A stretch of DNA of 64,000 nt from contig JAFGPA010000001.1 in the NCBI GenBank assembly GCA_016926175.1, forward strand, positions 977-64,976, in the 5' to 3' direction. Each line of letters opens with the position of its first letter. The first letter of the stretch is position 1. Positions 36,857 to 46,367 of this stretch are shown here, one piece after another. The translations under genes were made by a program, and so were the position numbers. The stretch comes from Candidatus Micrarchaeota archaeon (GTDB lineage Archaea; Micrarchaeota; Micrarchaeia; Anstonellales; Bilamarchaeaceae). A model generated the notes under the pieces. The model was given only the letters and a program-made list of their open reading frames with translations, did not search any database and was not told where the DNA came from.

Positions 36857-37555
36857 ATGAAAGTATTTATCTTAGCTGGCGGAGAAGGAACCAGGCTCAG
36901 GCCATACACATATACCATTCCAAAGCCAATGATGGAATTGGGAGGAAAACCAATACTCTGGTATGTCATTGAAAATCTTAAGAAAAAAGGCTTCAAGGAT
37001 ATAGTTATTACCTGCGGTTATGAGCACGGGAAAATTATTGATTATTTTGGGGACGGCAAAGACCTTGGCATAAAAATAGAGTATTCAATTGAAAAGGAAA
37101 GGCTCAATACTGCAGGCTCAATATATGGAAAAAAGCAGGACCGCACATTTGCTGTTGTTATGGGAGACCATCTCACTAACATAGACCTTTCCAAAATGCT
37201 TGACCATCACAAAAAATCAGGCGCAATTGCAACAATCGCCCTGTACAAAAGCAGCCTTCCGCTGGAATACGGGGTGGCAGAGGTTAATGGAAATAAAATA
37301 ACCGGTTTCCATGAAAAGCCCCTTCTTGAACATCTCTACAACACTGCAATCTATATTTTTGAACCTGAGATCTTTGATTACATAAATGAAAAGGAGGATT
37401 TTGCAAAGCACGTGATTCCAAGGCTTATTTCAAGCGGCAAAAAAGTGGTTCCGTACATCTTTGATGATGTCTGGTTTGATATAGGAAGGGTATCTGATTA
37501 TGAACAGCTTAGGGAGACATTCAAGATAATGAAGCTCTTCAATGATCTAAGGTGA
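36857..37555 (+). CDS. sugar-phosphate nucleotidyltransferase
   Basis: MKVFILAGGEGTRLRPYTYTIPKPMMELGGKPIL is the NTP_transferase signature. Confidence 0.85.
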   Translation: MKVFILAGGEGTRLRPYTYTIPKPMMELGGKPILWYVIENLKKKGFKDIVITCGYEHGKIIDYFGDGKDLGIKIEYSIEKERLNTAGSIYGKKQDRTFAVVMGDHLTNIDLSKMLDHHKKSGAIATIALYKSSLPLEYGVAEVNGNKITGFHEKPLLEHLYNTAIYIFEPEIFDYINEKEDFAKHVIPRLISSGKKVVPYIFDDVWFDIGRVSDYEQLRETFKIMKLFNDLR

Positions 37556-37571
37556 TCTGATCAAAGCAGTT

Positions 37572-38411
37572 GTGACCGGCGGGGCAGGATTCATAGGATC
37601 CCATATTGTGGAAGCTCTTGTCAGGGAAAATGATGTTACTGTAATTGATGATCTCTCAACAGGCCGATATATAAATAAAAAAACCCGCATGATGAAAAAA
37701 AATATACTCGACGATATTTATTTTGACGCTGATGTTGTTTTCCATCTTGCTGCCCAGGTTTCTGTTCCCCGCTCCTTTGAAAACCCCCAGTTTACCCTGA
37801 AAACAAATGTGGAAGGCACACGGAACGTTCTGGAAGCCTGCCTTAAATCAGGCGTGAAAAAAGCGGTTTTCTCGTCATCTGCAGCTGTTTATGGCAATGC
37901 CGACCATTCTGTAAGTGAAGATGAGCCACTCAGGCCCCAGGATCCATATGGACAGTCAAAAATGGAAGGGGAAAAACTCATGGAAAGGTATCATGAAGAA
38001 AATGGCCTCCAGACAATTTCACTCAGATATTTCAATGTTTATGGTCCAAGGATGAGCGGGGGCGTTGTAAAAGCGTTTTTGCAGAATCCCGAACCTGTCA
38101 TAACCGGAAACGGAAAACAGATGCGGGATTTTGTTTTTGTAAAGGATGTTGTGGAAGCAAACCTCATTGCAGCCGGATCAAAAGCAGCCGGAGCTTTCAA
38201 TGTGGGAACCGGCAATGCAGTTTCTGTGATCTCACTTGCAGATACCATAGAAAAAGTGACAAAAAAGAAATGCCTCCCGGTTTTTGTATCTGAAAGGAAA
38301 AATGACATTTTTTATTCATGTGCCAACACCAAAAAGGCAGAAAAGATACTTGGCTTCCGTGCAGGAACCTCTCTTGAAGACGGCATTAAAAGAACAATAT
38401 CAATGCAATAG
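37572..38411 (+). CDS. NAD-dependent epimerase/dehydratase (UDP-glucose 4-epimerase-like)
   Basis: VTGGAGFIGSHIVEAL, the YxxxK motif (YGQSKMEGEK), and SSSAAVYG. The start codon is uncertain: GTG at 37572, and the in-frame upstream sequence LIKAV lacks a canonical start. Confidence 0.9.
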   Translation: MTGGAGFIGSHIVEALVRENDVTVIDDLSTGRYINKKTRMMKKNILDDIYFDADVVFHLAAQVSVPRSFENPQFTLKTNVEGTRNVLEACLKSGVKKAVFSSSAAVYGNADHSVSEDEPLRPQDPYGQSKMEGEKLMERYHEENGLQTISLRYFNVYGPRMSGGVVKAFLQNPEPVITGNGKQMRDFVFVKDVVEANLIAAGSKAAGAFNVGTGNAVSVISLADTIEKVTKKKCLPVFVSERKNDIFYSCANTKKAEKILGFRAGTSLEDGIKRTISMQ

Positions 38412-39351
38412 CTCCGAACACTGCTTCAAGCCCGATGAAGATGAAAACAAGGTTCTGCTCAGTTATTCCGTTGGAAAGTTTCATTATGAGTTGTGCAAAT
38501 CCACGGACCTTATTGTCAACCGGATAAAGCTTTCCGTCCCTGTTTTCGCCCCACCATTTTGTGCTTGGAAAACGGTTGCAGAGCTTTATGAAGAAATCAA
38601 TTACATAAGGGATTATCAGTATTGCACCTGCAGTTTCAATATTGCCGATCACTACGGCACTCGCAAGAGCAACCCCTATTGTCAGGTTGCCGACATCCCC
38701 CGGGAATAGCTTTGCAGGATATTTGTTGAAGAACAGAAATGCAAGAAGGGAAAACAGCATGGAAACTGATATTATGGAAATCTCAATAGAAGATTTGCTT
38801 ATGCCAATCAAAAGCAGTACTGCAAATATTATTGCTCCCATGCCTGCTTCCATACCATTGAAGCCGGCAAGCATGTTGGTGAGGTTGGATGCTACGGCAA
38901 TCCCGACAGGTATAAGTACCAGGACATAAATGATGCCGAAATCAATTACTCCGAGAAACGGTATGCTCATCGTGGTATATCCGACGTTTATTGCCACAAG
39001 CGGTATTGCAGCAAACAATGGCACTGTGGCCTTCAGCCACTGCGGCATGTCCAGAAGATCGTCAATGATGCCTATAAGCGCTATGATGAAAATTGTAATT
39101 ACTGCGGCAAGTATGTGGGTGAGGTCAAAATCCAGCCCTAAAAATGAATGGAAAAAGATTGCAAGCAGCATTCCTGCGCTGAATCCTGCAACTATTGCAA
39201 TGCCGCCCATTTCGGCAACTTCCGGCCTTCCGGTCTTGTTTACATCATTGCCGGTTATCCCGGCACTTTTAAGTCTGGGTATGAGGACCTTTGCCAGGAG
39301 GTATGTGACAAAAAAAGCAACAATTCCAGATGCAACATAATATTCTATCAT
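38386..39351 (-). CDS. glycosyltransferase family 4 (MraY/WecA/AglH-like polyprenyl-phosphate HexNAc-1-P transferase)
   Basis: About 10 TM segments. IGIIDDLLDM, NMLAGFNGMEAG and FPGDVGNL motifs. Confidence 0.85.
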   Translation of the reverse strand: MIEYYVASGIVAFFVTYLLAKVLIPRLKSAGITGNDVNKTGRPEVAEMGGIAIVAGFSAGMLLAIFFHSFLGLDFDLTHILAAVITIFIIALIGIIDDLLDMPQWLKATVPLFAAIPLVAINVGYTTMSIPFLGVIDFGIIYVLVLIPVGIAVASNLTNMLAGFNGMEAGMGAIIFAVLLLIGISKSSIEISIISVSMLFSLLAFLFFNKYPAKLFPGDVGNLTIGVALASAVVIGNIETAGAILIIPYVIDFFIKLCNRFPSTKWWGENRDGKLYPVDNKVRGFAQLIMKLSNGITEQNLVFIFIGLEAVFGAIALILFF

Positions 39352-40559
39352 TTCATTCCCTCAAGAATCTTTTTTGCATAATTCACGTCAAACTGTTTTT
39401 CATTCGCCAGTATTTTGGCTACTTCGTCCACCTGCTTTCCCTTTGCTCCTGCCTGGGATGCAATTGTTCTTGCATGGAGCTTCATATGCCCTTTTTGTAT
39501 CCCTACTGTTCCCAGTGCAGATAATGCTGCGAAGTTATTTGCAAGGCCAACACATGCCATGAGCATGGCAAGCTCCCCAGAGCTCTTTATCCCGGCAATT
39601 TTCATTGCAATTTTTGCAGTCGGGCTGCTGTTTACTGCAGGCCCTACTGTTGCAACCGCCAGTGGAAGTTCAATAGCTCCTACCAGGTTTCCGTCTTTTT
39701 TGTAATAATCCGTCAGTGGTTTATATCCATTCATTGCCGCATATGCATGCGCGCCTGCTTCTACTGATCTCCAGTCATTGCCAGTTGCAACTGCAACAGC
39801 ATCAATTCCATTCATTATCCCCTTGTTATGTGTGGCCGCCCTGTAAATGTCAAGCTTTGCAAATTTTATGCCCCTTAAAACCGCCTCAATAACCTGCTCT
39901 CCAACAACCTCTTTTTTCCAGACAGCTGTTGCCCTTGCCTTTCTTTCAGTTGCAAGGTTGCTTATTATTTTCATGGCTGCAGTTCCGCCTGTTTTTTCCT
40001 CGATGAGCGGAGCAATGCCTTCCAGAGCGCTATTCACCATGTTTGCTCCCTGGGCCTCACCAACATTTACATGGAAATTGATGACCACCATGTCATCAAT
40101 GATTTTCGGCCTGAATTCAATTACACCGCATCCATACTCTTCAAGATGTTTCATTTTCTCCTTTGCCAGAGCCATTATCCCTTCTCTGTTTTCTTCAATT
40201 TTTTTCACTGCATCCGCAGGTTCAATACCAGCCAAAAGCATCTGGCCTATCATAACCGGGCTATCAGCATCTGCAGTAAATCCTTCCGGCAGTGTTTGCT
40301 TTGCAGCTTTTGCCGCAGCAGCAACCACAGAAGCTTCTTCAACTGCCATTGGAGCCACATATTCCTTTCCGTTTATGATGAAATTAGGGGCAATGCCAAG
40401 CGGAATATGTATTGTGCCTATGACATTTTCTATCATCTTGTCGGCATGCTCCATCGAAAGTGCGCCTGAATCCGTTATGGTTTTCTTTTCCCCATCACTT
40501 ATTTCAATTTTCTTCAATCTCTCTTCAATGGAAAGTTTGTAGAATCCCGAATATTTCAT
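39348..40559 (-). CDS. hmgA: HMG-CoA reductase, class II type
   Basis: GFYKLSIEERL...MIENVIGT...EEASVVAA...RAATHNKGIMNGIDAVAVATGNDWR...GIQKGHMKLHAR aligns with the Pseudomonas mevalonii-type class II enzyme. 403 aa, no membrane domain. Confidence 0.95.
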   Translation of the reverse strand: MKYSGFYKLSIEERLKKIEISDGEKKTITDSGALSMEHADKMIENVIGTIHIPLGIAPNFIINGKEYVAPMAVEEASVVAAAAKAAKQTLPEGFTADADSPVMIGQMLLAGIEPADAVKKIEENREGIMALAKEKMKHLEEYGCGVIEFRPKIIDDMVVINFHVNVGEAQGANMVNSALEGIAPLIEEKTGGTAAMKIISNLATERKARATAVWKKEVVGEQVIEAVLRGIKFAKLDIYRAATHNKGIMNGIDAVAVATGNDWRSVEAGAHAYAAMNGYKPLTDYYKKDGNLVGAIELPLAVATVGPAVNSSPTAKIAMKIAGIKSSGELAMLMACVGLANNFAALSALGTVGIQKGHMKLHARTIASQAGAKGKQVDEVAKILANEKQFDVNYAKKILEGMK

Positions 40560-40563
40560 TGTT

Positions 40564-41013
40564 TCACCTGTAGTTGTTTTCTAGCTTTTCAAAAGCCCTG
40601 TCTATGTTTGAAAATGCGTCCTCTGTTTTTCTGGTGTATATTCTTCTAAAAATCTCCTTGAGTTTTCCTTCTCCGTCCCCAAGATGGTACCTGCCTTTTC
40701 TTCTTGCTATGATTCCGCATTCCTTTAGTTTTTGCAAATGGTAGTAAATTGCCTTGGGATTCTGCTTCTTTTTGGTTGTCGTTTCCAGCCTTGCTATTAT
40801 GTCCTTGGTTGTCGGGTTATCTCCCTTTACATGGAATTCAAATATCACATCAAGAAGGTCCAGCATCAGCATCCTGCTCTCATTGGGAAGCACCATGCCG
40901 AGTGAGAGCGCAATCCATCTTATGAGGGATTTTTTTGCAAGAAGCACATCATCCGGAAGGCCAAGTTCCCTGAGAGTCAGTTCAGACCTGATAAGCCGAG
41001 ATTCTGGAATCAT
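40564..41013 (-). CDS. winged-helix DNA-binding protein (ArsR-like wHTH)
   Basis: PKAIYYHLQKLKECGIIARRKGRYHL. It lies directly upstream of hmgA on the same strand. Confidence 0.6.
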   Translation of the reverse strand: MIPESRLIRSELTLRELGLPDDVLLAKKSLIRWIALSLGMVLPNESRMLMLDLLDVIFEFHVKGDNPTTKDIIARLETTTKKKQNPKAIYYHLQKLKECGIIARRKGRYHLGDGEGKLKEIFRRIYTRKTEDAFSNIDRAFEKLENNYR

Positions 41014-41073
41014 ATTGGAATTTCCATCATAAACATTTTAATACTAGTTGCGAAAATCTGTACGGTGTAAAAA

Positions 41074-41445
41074 GTGATAAATCTTAGAATCAGAAGTCAT
41101 CCAGAGGTGCTTTTTGGCTATTCAAATAATTATGTGGAGATGATCCTGAGGGTTGAGAATGAAGGAGAGCATCCAATGTGGGTTGAAGCAGATATTTCTG
41201 TTCCGGAAAATCTTTCCCTTGCCCCAAATGCCGAAATCAAAAAAGGAAGGATCCGGGTTGGTATAGTTGGCAACAAAGAATTTCTTGAAAAGGCCGTGAG
41301 GGTTTATGCAGACAGTTACACTTCCCCCCAGGTTTACAAAAGCGACATAACTATCTATGTGTTCAATAAAGACGGTATAATTGAAAGCAGAATGGAAAAA
41401 TCAACAAATCTCAGGTGTGAAATTAAAAAAGAAGAAAGCCTTTAG
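41074..41445 (+). CDS. hypothetical protein
   Basis: 123 aa with a GTG start. No motif recognised. Confidence 0.4.
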   Translation: MINLRIRSHPEVLFGYSNNYVEMILRVENEGEHPMWVEADISVPENLSLAPNAEIKKGRIRVGIVGNKEFLEKAVRVYADSYTSPQVYKSDITIYVFNKDGIIESRMEKSTNLRCEIKKEESL

Positions 41446-42278
41446 TTGCCAGGGCGCACTGAAATGCTGCTTACATTTCCAGGTTCCCTTACGTTTACGA
41501 GATGGGTATCTTCGCCGATCCTGAGTTCAAGATGATCCCCCCTTTCATATATGCTTATTCTTCCGGAGGATTCATGGACATAGGCAAATTTCTTTAAAAC
41601 TATCTCTTCACCCTGCATTGTAACTGCCAAAAGGAAATTGTCTCTTGCCGGAGCATTCTGGACTATGAAAAGAATACTTTTGTGAACCCCCATTTTTTTC
41701 GTTCCTGAATTCATGGAATCGATCCTGTATCCAAGTATGTTCTCAGGGTCATTAAGATCGGTGTACCACAATTCGTTGTTTCTTGTAATGATATACACAT
41801 TATTTCCATCTACTTTTCCTGAAGCAATGCCTTTTGCTGCGGCTTTTCCGAGGTCCTGCCTGAGTGATGTTTCTATGTCAGTTGCCCCTTCCCTTAATGA
41901 ATCACAGCCCGGTATGGTGACTATCTTCTTTGTTGTCAAAACAACTGTTCTTTTTTCGGAACATGAAATGTCAAGAGGTTTTTCATTTCCCTGGTATGCC
42001 GGGGCAAGCAGCCTCATCTCATATCTTTTTTTGTTGGCAGAATAAACTATTGTATTCTGGTCCAGAAGTGAACAGCTGCCTTTTTTCCATTTTGCCGAAA
42101 TTTCCGGCTTTTTTACAGCCTGCTTTCTTACTGATTCTGCTGCCGGAGGCATTTTCCTTACTTCTTCGTAGAGATCTCTTTTTTGCTGTATCGAGCAGGC
42201 ATTTTCTGTGTAAAGTGAAGCGGCTCCAAATGCAATGATCCCCATTACATGTGCCATTTTTCTGAATCGCATACACAC
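41442..42278 (-). CDS. hypothetical secreted protein
   Basis: 278 aa with an N-terminal hydrophobic segment (MAHVMGIIAFGAASLY). No motif recognised. Confidence 0.45.
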   Translation of the reverse strand: MCMRFRKMAHVMGIIAFGAASLYTENACSIQQKRDLYEEVRKMPPAAESVRKQAVKKPEISAKWKKGSCSLLDQNTIVYSANKKRYEMRLLAPAYQGNEKPLDISCSEKRTVVLTTKKIVTIPGCDSLREGATDIETSLRQDLGKAAAKGIASGKVDGNNVYIITRNNELWYTDLNDPENILGYRIDSMNSGTKKMGVHKSILFIVQNAPARDNFLLAVTMQGEEIVLKKFAYVHESSGRISIYERGDHLELRIGEDTHLVNVREPGNVSSISVRPGN

Positions 42279-42332
42279 TAATTTGCATAGTAATATTTAA
42301 AAAAGGAAGTGTTAGTATGTAATTATTTGTGT

Positions 42333-45014
42333 TTATAAAGACCTTTTCTTTGGTTCCGATGCCCTTGTTGCAACAGTTCCCCCCTCACCGGATTTTTTCC
42401 TCAGGCTTGCTTGCTCTATGCCCCTTTGGATGTAGTCAGCCACTGCTGCATTTCCGTCCACTATAAACTTTCCCTCTGCACGCACTATGATTATGCCGTG
42501 CTTTCTGAGTTTTTCCTCAAGAATTCCATAAACAGACTGTTGGTTGCTTGAAAGTTTATTATTGATTTTTTCAGCTTCTTCAGGCGTTAATCTTATTTCT
42601 ACAGTTATTCTCTCAGTCTCTGAAGTGAATGAAAGAAGATATGGAGTTGCTGTCCTGATCTCGATGCTCCCTCCTTTTTTTGGCTTTTGGGGCGCCTTTC
42701 TTCCTGTTATTTCTGGCATTGGCAGTGATGTTCTCATTCTTTTAACTATATCTGCAGTGCCGCCGCTGGTGGATATGCTTGCTGTTCCTTTTATTGTAAA
42801 TCCGCCCGTAACCCCGCTGGTAAGCATGGAACCCATTATCCCCAGCCTGATCCTGCTGTCATTTTCTTTTGTGTTTCCATGTATTACTACTCCGCCAGGA
42901 TATCTTTTCCAGAATTCGTAGCTTGCCTTCGCATAGCCGTCTGCCGGAATATATATGTTTGTTTTTCCCCTGTGTCTTTCAAGAAATGCCTTTCTTCTTT
43001 CAGGGTGAGAAAGAACTGCACGGATGTACATGTTGAATTTGCTTGGATTCTCGTTGTATACCCTTAGCTCTTCTGCCGTCGGCTGGAATGAAAATACAAA
43101 CCTGTCAAACTCTATTCTCTCTGATTTGTTTGGCCCGATTTTGATATAATGCTCGATCCGGCCTGTTTCCATTGCAATTGCAATGTTTGTTGTTTTTGCT
43201 GCCTTCTCTGTTGCCGCTATTCTTGTTTCTCCGCCTTCAATATACTGGCCTTCAACTTCCCTGGGCATCCCCCAGAGAGCTACGTGCTGCAAACCCTCCT
43301 TTTTCCCTGGTTTTGGAAAAAGGCTGAATTTTGTTGCAGGGCTTTCAATTGCCCTGGTAAGGCTGGTCATTTCCGCCTTTGACATCTTTCCATCTTCACT
43401 GTATGTTTCGCCTGCCCGTGCCTTTTGCAGCAGGATCTGCCGGGGCATCTTCCTGAATTCTTTTGCCTCTTTTGCATTCATGGACATATAAAGGTTTACT
43501 GTCCCGGTTCCAACCTGCACCGCAACCATGTAATAGGATGTGCCGGGTTCCTCCTGTTTCCTGAACCTGAATGTTTTTCTCATTTGTTCCTTCTGCTCAG
43601 GCAGTGTTATGTCCCGTCCGTCTTTCTGGCTTGAGGTTTTTGCGGTTCCATAGACTGTGAATCCGCTTGGGAAGCTTTCTCCATGTGTGCTGTAGTAATC
43701 CCCGACAAGATATCGAACGACCATTTTATCATTAATCTCAATTCCATCTGAAAGATAGGGTTTCAGTTTTTTTGGAGTCATAAGGCCAACTGGCGGTATG
43801 TAAAGCGTCATCTGGTTATCGTCCTGGTGAATTTCCATGAAAGCCTTTCTTTGTTCAGGATCTTCAAGGATGGCCTGCATTACCATTGTGAATGCCTTTG
43901 GATCATCATTATATGCTTTCAGCTCTTCTTCTGTCGGCGTAAAATTAAATACTACATTCTGGTATGTGAATGAACCCCCCAGAGTCTCCGGACTTTTTTC
44001 TGCTTCAGGATGTTTCATTTTTACCGGCCTGTTCAGCCTCAGTGCAATGGAAATCGTCGTTTCCTTTTTCTCTCTTTCTGACGCTGCAACCCTGGTTTCC
44101 CCGCCTTCAATTATATCGCTTGGAGCAACACTTGCAATTCCCTGTTCCAATACCCTGTTTAATTCTGCCGTGCCCTTTTCACCGGTTTTACCATTAACTG
44201 TTGCAGTCCCCTGTTCCATCAGATCATAAACAATTTTATACAGTTTATCGTTTTCTTTTGGATCTAAAGCTGCCGTTTCCACATGGGAGATCTGCTCAAT
44301 TGTAAATCTGCCTGAAACAGTGATTTTTTCGCCGTTTTCAGTTGTTATCGCGAACTGGTATCTGAATGTCTCGTCTGTTTGTTCAGGACCGACAACCCTT
44401 GCCGCTATCCGGTCAAGTTCATTTTCTCTTCTTTCTGCAATTGTTTCGCGCACTGCTTCGCCGCCCTTTCTTGGAATAAAGCCATCACCTGTCATTTCCA
44501 ATTTTTCCGGATTTATTTTTACCCTTGTTATGCCTGCGTGGCTTGCAATCTGATGCCCGACAATTTCAGATGCGCTTTCACCCTGCCAGGTAAATGCCTC
44601 TCTTCTTTCCGGTGCTGCTTTCTCAGATAATATATACTGTTTTTTATTGCTGCTTGAAGAATTGAATTCTTCAAGTTCCTTGTCTGTGAATGTAATGTAA
44701 ACCGTTTCAACCTGCCTTCCTGCATGAATTTCGACTGCATACCAGTTTCTCATCTGGTAATCCATTGCAGCAGTGCTTTCCGATCCTGTTGGTCCGCCAG
44801 CTCTTTCATGCTGTTTTTTCTCTGCCTGCTCATATGCGCTCTGCAGGCTGCCAAGTATTTCACGTACCATCACCCTGTCTGTAGTATGCTTTTTTACTGC
44901 ATTCTCCACTATTCTGCTTACTATATCATCGGCTATTGCAAGGCTTCTTCCCTGGAAAAAACTTTCCACAGTCTGTCCGGCCAGCTTTTCTCTTTCCGTT
45001 TTTTGTGCACACAT
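42333..45014 (-). CDS. large hypothetical protein (893 aa) with two internal repeats of about 160 aa
   Basis: aa 301-462 and 591-748 share IEGGETR(V/I)AA(S/T)E, F(N/S)F(T/Q)PT(E/A)EEL(K/R)(A/V)YN(D/E), P(E/R)(Q/R)RKAF(M/L)E, IYIP and GFT(V/I)(Y/K)GTA. No TM segment or signal peptide. Confidence 0.6.
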   Translation of the reverse strand: MCAQKTEREKLAGQTVESFFQGRSLAIADDIVSRIVENAVKKHTTDRVMVREILGSLQSAYEQAEKKQHERAGGPTGSESTAAMDYQMRNWYAVEIHAGRQVETVYITFTDKELEEFNSSSSNKKQYILSEKAAPERREAFTWQGESASEIVGHQIASHAGITRVKINPEKLEMTGDGFIPRKGGEAVRETIAERRENELDRIAARVVGPEQTDETFRYQFAITTENGEKITVSGRFTIEQISHVETAALDPKENDKLYKIVYDLMEQGTATVNGKTGEKGTAELNRVLEQGIASVAPSDIIEGGETRVAASEREKKETTISIALRLNRPVKMKHPEAEKSPETLGGSFTYQNVVFNFTPTEEELKAYNDDPKAFTMVMQAILEDPEQRKAFMEIHQDDNQMTLYIPPVGLMTPKKLKPYLSDGIEINDKMVVRYLVGDYYSTHGESFPSGFTVYGTAKTSSQKDGRDITLPEQKEQMRKTFRFRKQEEPGTSYYMVAVQVGTGTVNLYMSMNAKEAKEFRKMPRQILLQKARAGETYSEDGKMSKAEMTSLTRAIESPATKFSLFPKPGKKEGLQHVALWGMPREVEGQYIEGGETRIAATEKAAKTTNIAIAMETGRIEHYIKIGPNKSERIEFDRFVFSFQPTAEELRVYNENPSKFNMYIRAVLSHPERRKAFLERHRGKTNIYIPADGYAKASYEFWKRYPGGVVIHGNTKENDSRIRLGIMGSMLTSGVTGGFTIKGTASISTSGGTADIVKRMRTSLPMPEITGRKAPQKPKKGGSIEIRTATPYLLSFTSETERITVEIRLTPEEAEKINNKLSSNQQSVYGILEEKLRKHGIIIVRAEGKFIVDGNAAVADYIQRGIEQASLRKKSGEGGTVATRASEPKKRSL

Positions 45015-45055
45015 TGGAATCCCGAAAAAAAATCCTAGCTAAACATTATAAATGA

Positions 45056-45541
45056 ATGCAGAGAGATTTTCCCATGGCACTCAGCAAAAGGGCATACATA
45101 AAGCAAATCAGCATTTACCTTGAGAACAAAGAATACGAAAAATCCTATCCGCTGGCCAGGGAAATGAATGAGAATTTTCCCGAAGATACCATGACGCATT
45201 ATCTTATGGCGTCCTCTGCTTTCTGGGCAGGGAAATACGAAGAGTCAATTGAGCATGGAAGAAAGGCATTCAACATGGTAAAAAGCAAAGAGGACCTGAT
45301 AGCATGCGCCCTCATAACAAGCTCCTCCTACTATGAGCTGAAACAGTATTCTGAAGGGTTCAGGATGCTAAAGGCGGTGGAAAAGCTGAAGTACAGTGAA
45401 GATATAGAAACTATGATGTTTGTATTTTCCCTGGCGCTGAAGGATGAAAAAGAAGCAATGAAGCATGCCAAAAATCTTCAGGTGCTCAATGCAAAACTGG
45501 CAGAAAAACTGCTGAAGAAATTTCTAAAATCTTCTGACTGA
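45056..45541 (+). CDS. hypothetical TPR-like helical repeat protein
   Basis: 161 aa. Helical repeats with a Y/W/A pattern (YLMASSAFWAGKYEESIEHGRKAF). The assignment is weak. Confidence 0.45.
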   Translation: MQRDFPMALSKRAYIKQISIYLENKEYEKSYPLAREMNENFPEDTMTHYLMASSAFWAGKYEESIEHGRKAFNMVKSKEDLIACALITSSSYYELKQYSEGFRMLKAVEKLKYSEDIETMMFVFSLALKDEKEAMKHAKNLQVLNAKLAEKLLKKFLKSSD

Positions 45542-45880
45542 TGAGAATTTTTTCAAAAACTCCATTTTCTCACATTCGTTTACCGGAAGATTTTTGTGCG
45601 GAACTGCCATTTCAGGGGGTCCCAGGGTTTTTTTCTCAGCCCATTCGAGCCTGAATCTTCTTTTGAATAGCTCCTCATCGTTCATTTCCTGGAATTCTGC
45701 AAGTTTGGATGCAAGATCCTGAGGATCTGAACCTTCAACGCTTCGTGATTGCCCGCCCTGTTCATCTGCTATAAATGCAATCTGCTCAGTCATGGCGGAT
45801 ATTCTTTTGAAAATTCTCATCCTTACAGGATTTCTTTTCACTCTTACCTGTGGGCTTAGCATCTGTTTGTTGTATTTCAT
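45524..45880 (-). CDS. hypothetical protein
   Basis: The internal ATG at 45880 gives a 118-aa product immediately downstream of the DUF457 gene. The longer track ORF overlaps that gene and was trimmed. Confidence 0.35.
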   Translation of the reverse strand: MKYNKQMLSPQVRVKRNPVRMRIFKRISAMTEQIAFIADEQGGQSRSVEGSDPQDLASKLAEFQEMNDEELFKRRFRLEWAEKKTLGPPEMAVPHKNLPVNECEKMEFLKKFSSVRRF

Positions 45881-45885
45881 AAATA

Positions 45886-46344
45886 TCACAGGAATTTTAC
45901 CTGTCTGTCTGCAATTAAATGAGAAACGTAGCCTGCAAAACCTGCAAGGGCAAAAGTCTGCCCGACAATGATGTTCAGGCCTATGGCATAAACCAGCCCA
46001 AGAAAAATGGTGTGGGTTATCCCTCTGTGTTTTGGCTTCAGGAGCATGAAAATGACAAAGTAAAGTCCAACAAGAACGAGGAACATCGTTATCATGCTTA
46101 TAGTCGGGATGCAAATGCCTGTTCCACACCCTGAAACATATGCTATGATCATTGCAAACGGGATAAAGCTTATGTCAAGGAGCTTTCTTCCTTTGCTTGT
46201 TTCCAGGTCAAGGTCAGGCAGAAGGGCACTGAAAGCTCCGAACAGCGCCACCACTGCAAGTGTGGCCAGACCGGCTGTTTCAAGAATATAAATAAGGACT
46301 ACGGCTGCCAGGGCGCCAATGACAAAATGAGCCTTCCATTTCAT
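45886..46344 (-). CDS. membrane-bound metal-dependent hydrolase (DUF457/YdjM-like)
   Basis: KAHFVIGA...LLPDLD...RGITHTIF...SHLIAD are the His/Asp motifs of DUF457. 4 TM segments. Confidence 0.75.
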   Translation of the reverse strand: MKWKAHFVIGALAAVVLIYILETAGLATLAVVALFGAFSALLPDLDLETSKGRKLLDISFIPFAMIIAYVSGCGTGICIPTISMITMFLVLVGLYFVIFMLLKPKHRGITHTIFLGLVYAIGLNIIVGQTFALAGFAGYVSHLIADRQVKFL

Positions 46345-46367
46345 AAAATAAAAATAAAGAGAAAAGA

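Noticed and set aside
39847-40542. Long ORFs antisense to well-supported genes: 39847-40542 opposite hmgA, 54303-54983 opposite atpE, 50440-51120 opposite atpB, 57526-58137 opposite rpl15e, 1389-2099 opposite the protease, and 12616-13185 opposite the lipoprotein.
   Set aside because: Each lies entirely within a gene that has strong motif support on the other strand. Their translations are low-complexity (S/F/L/P/C-rich) with no motifs, which is typical of shadow ORFs.
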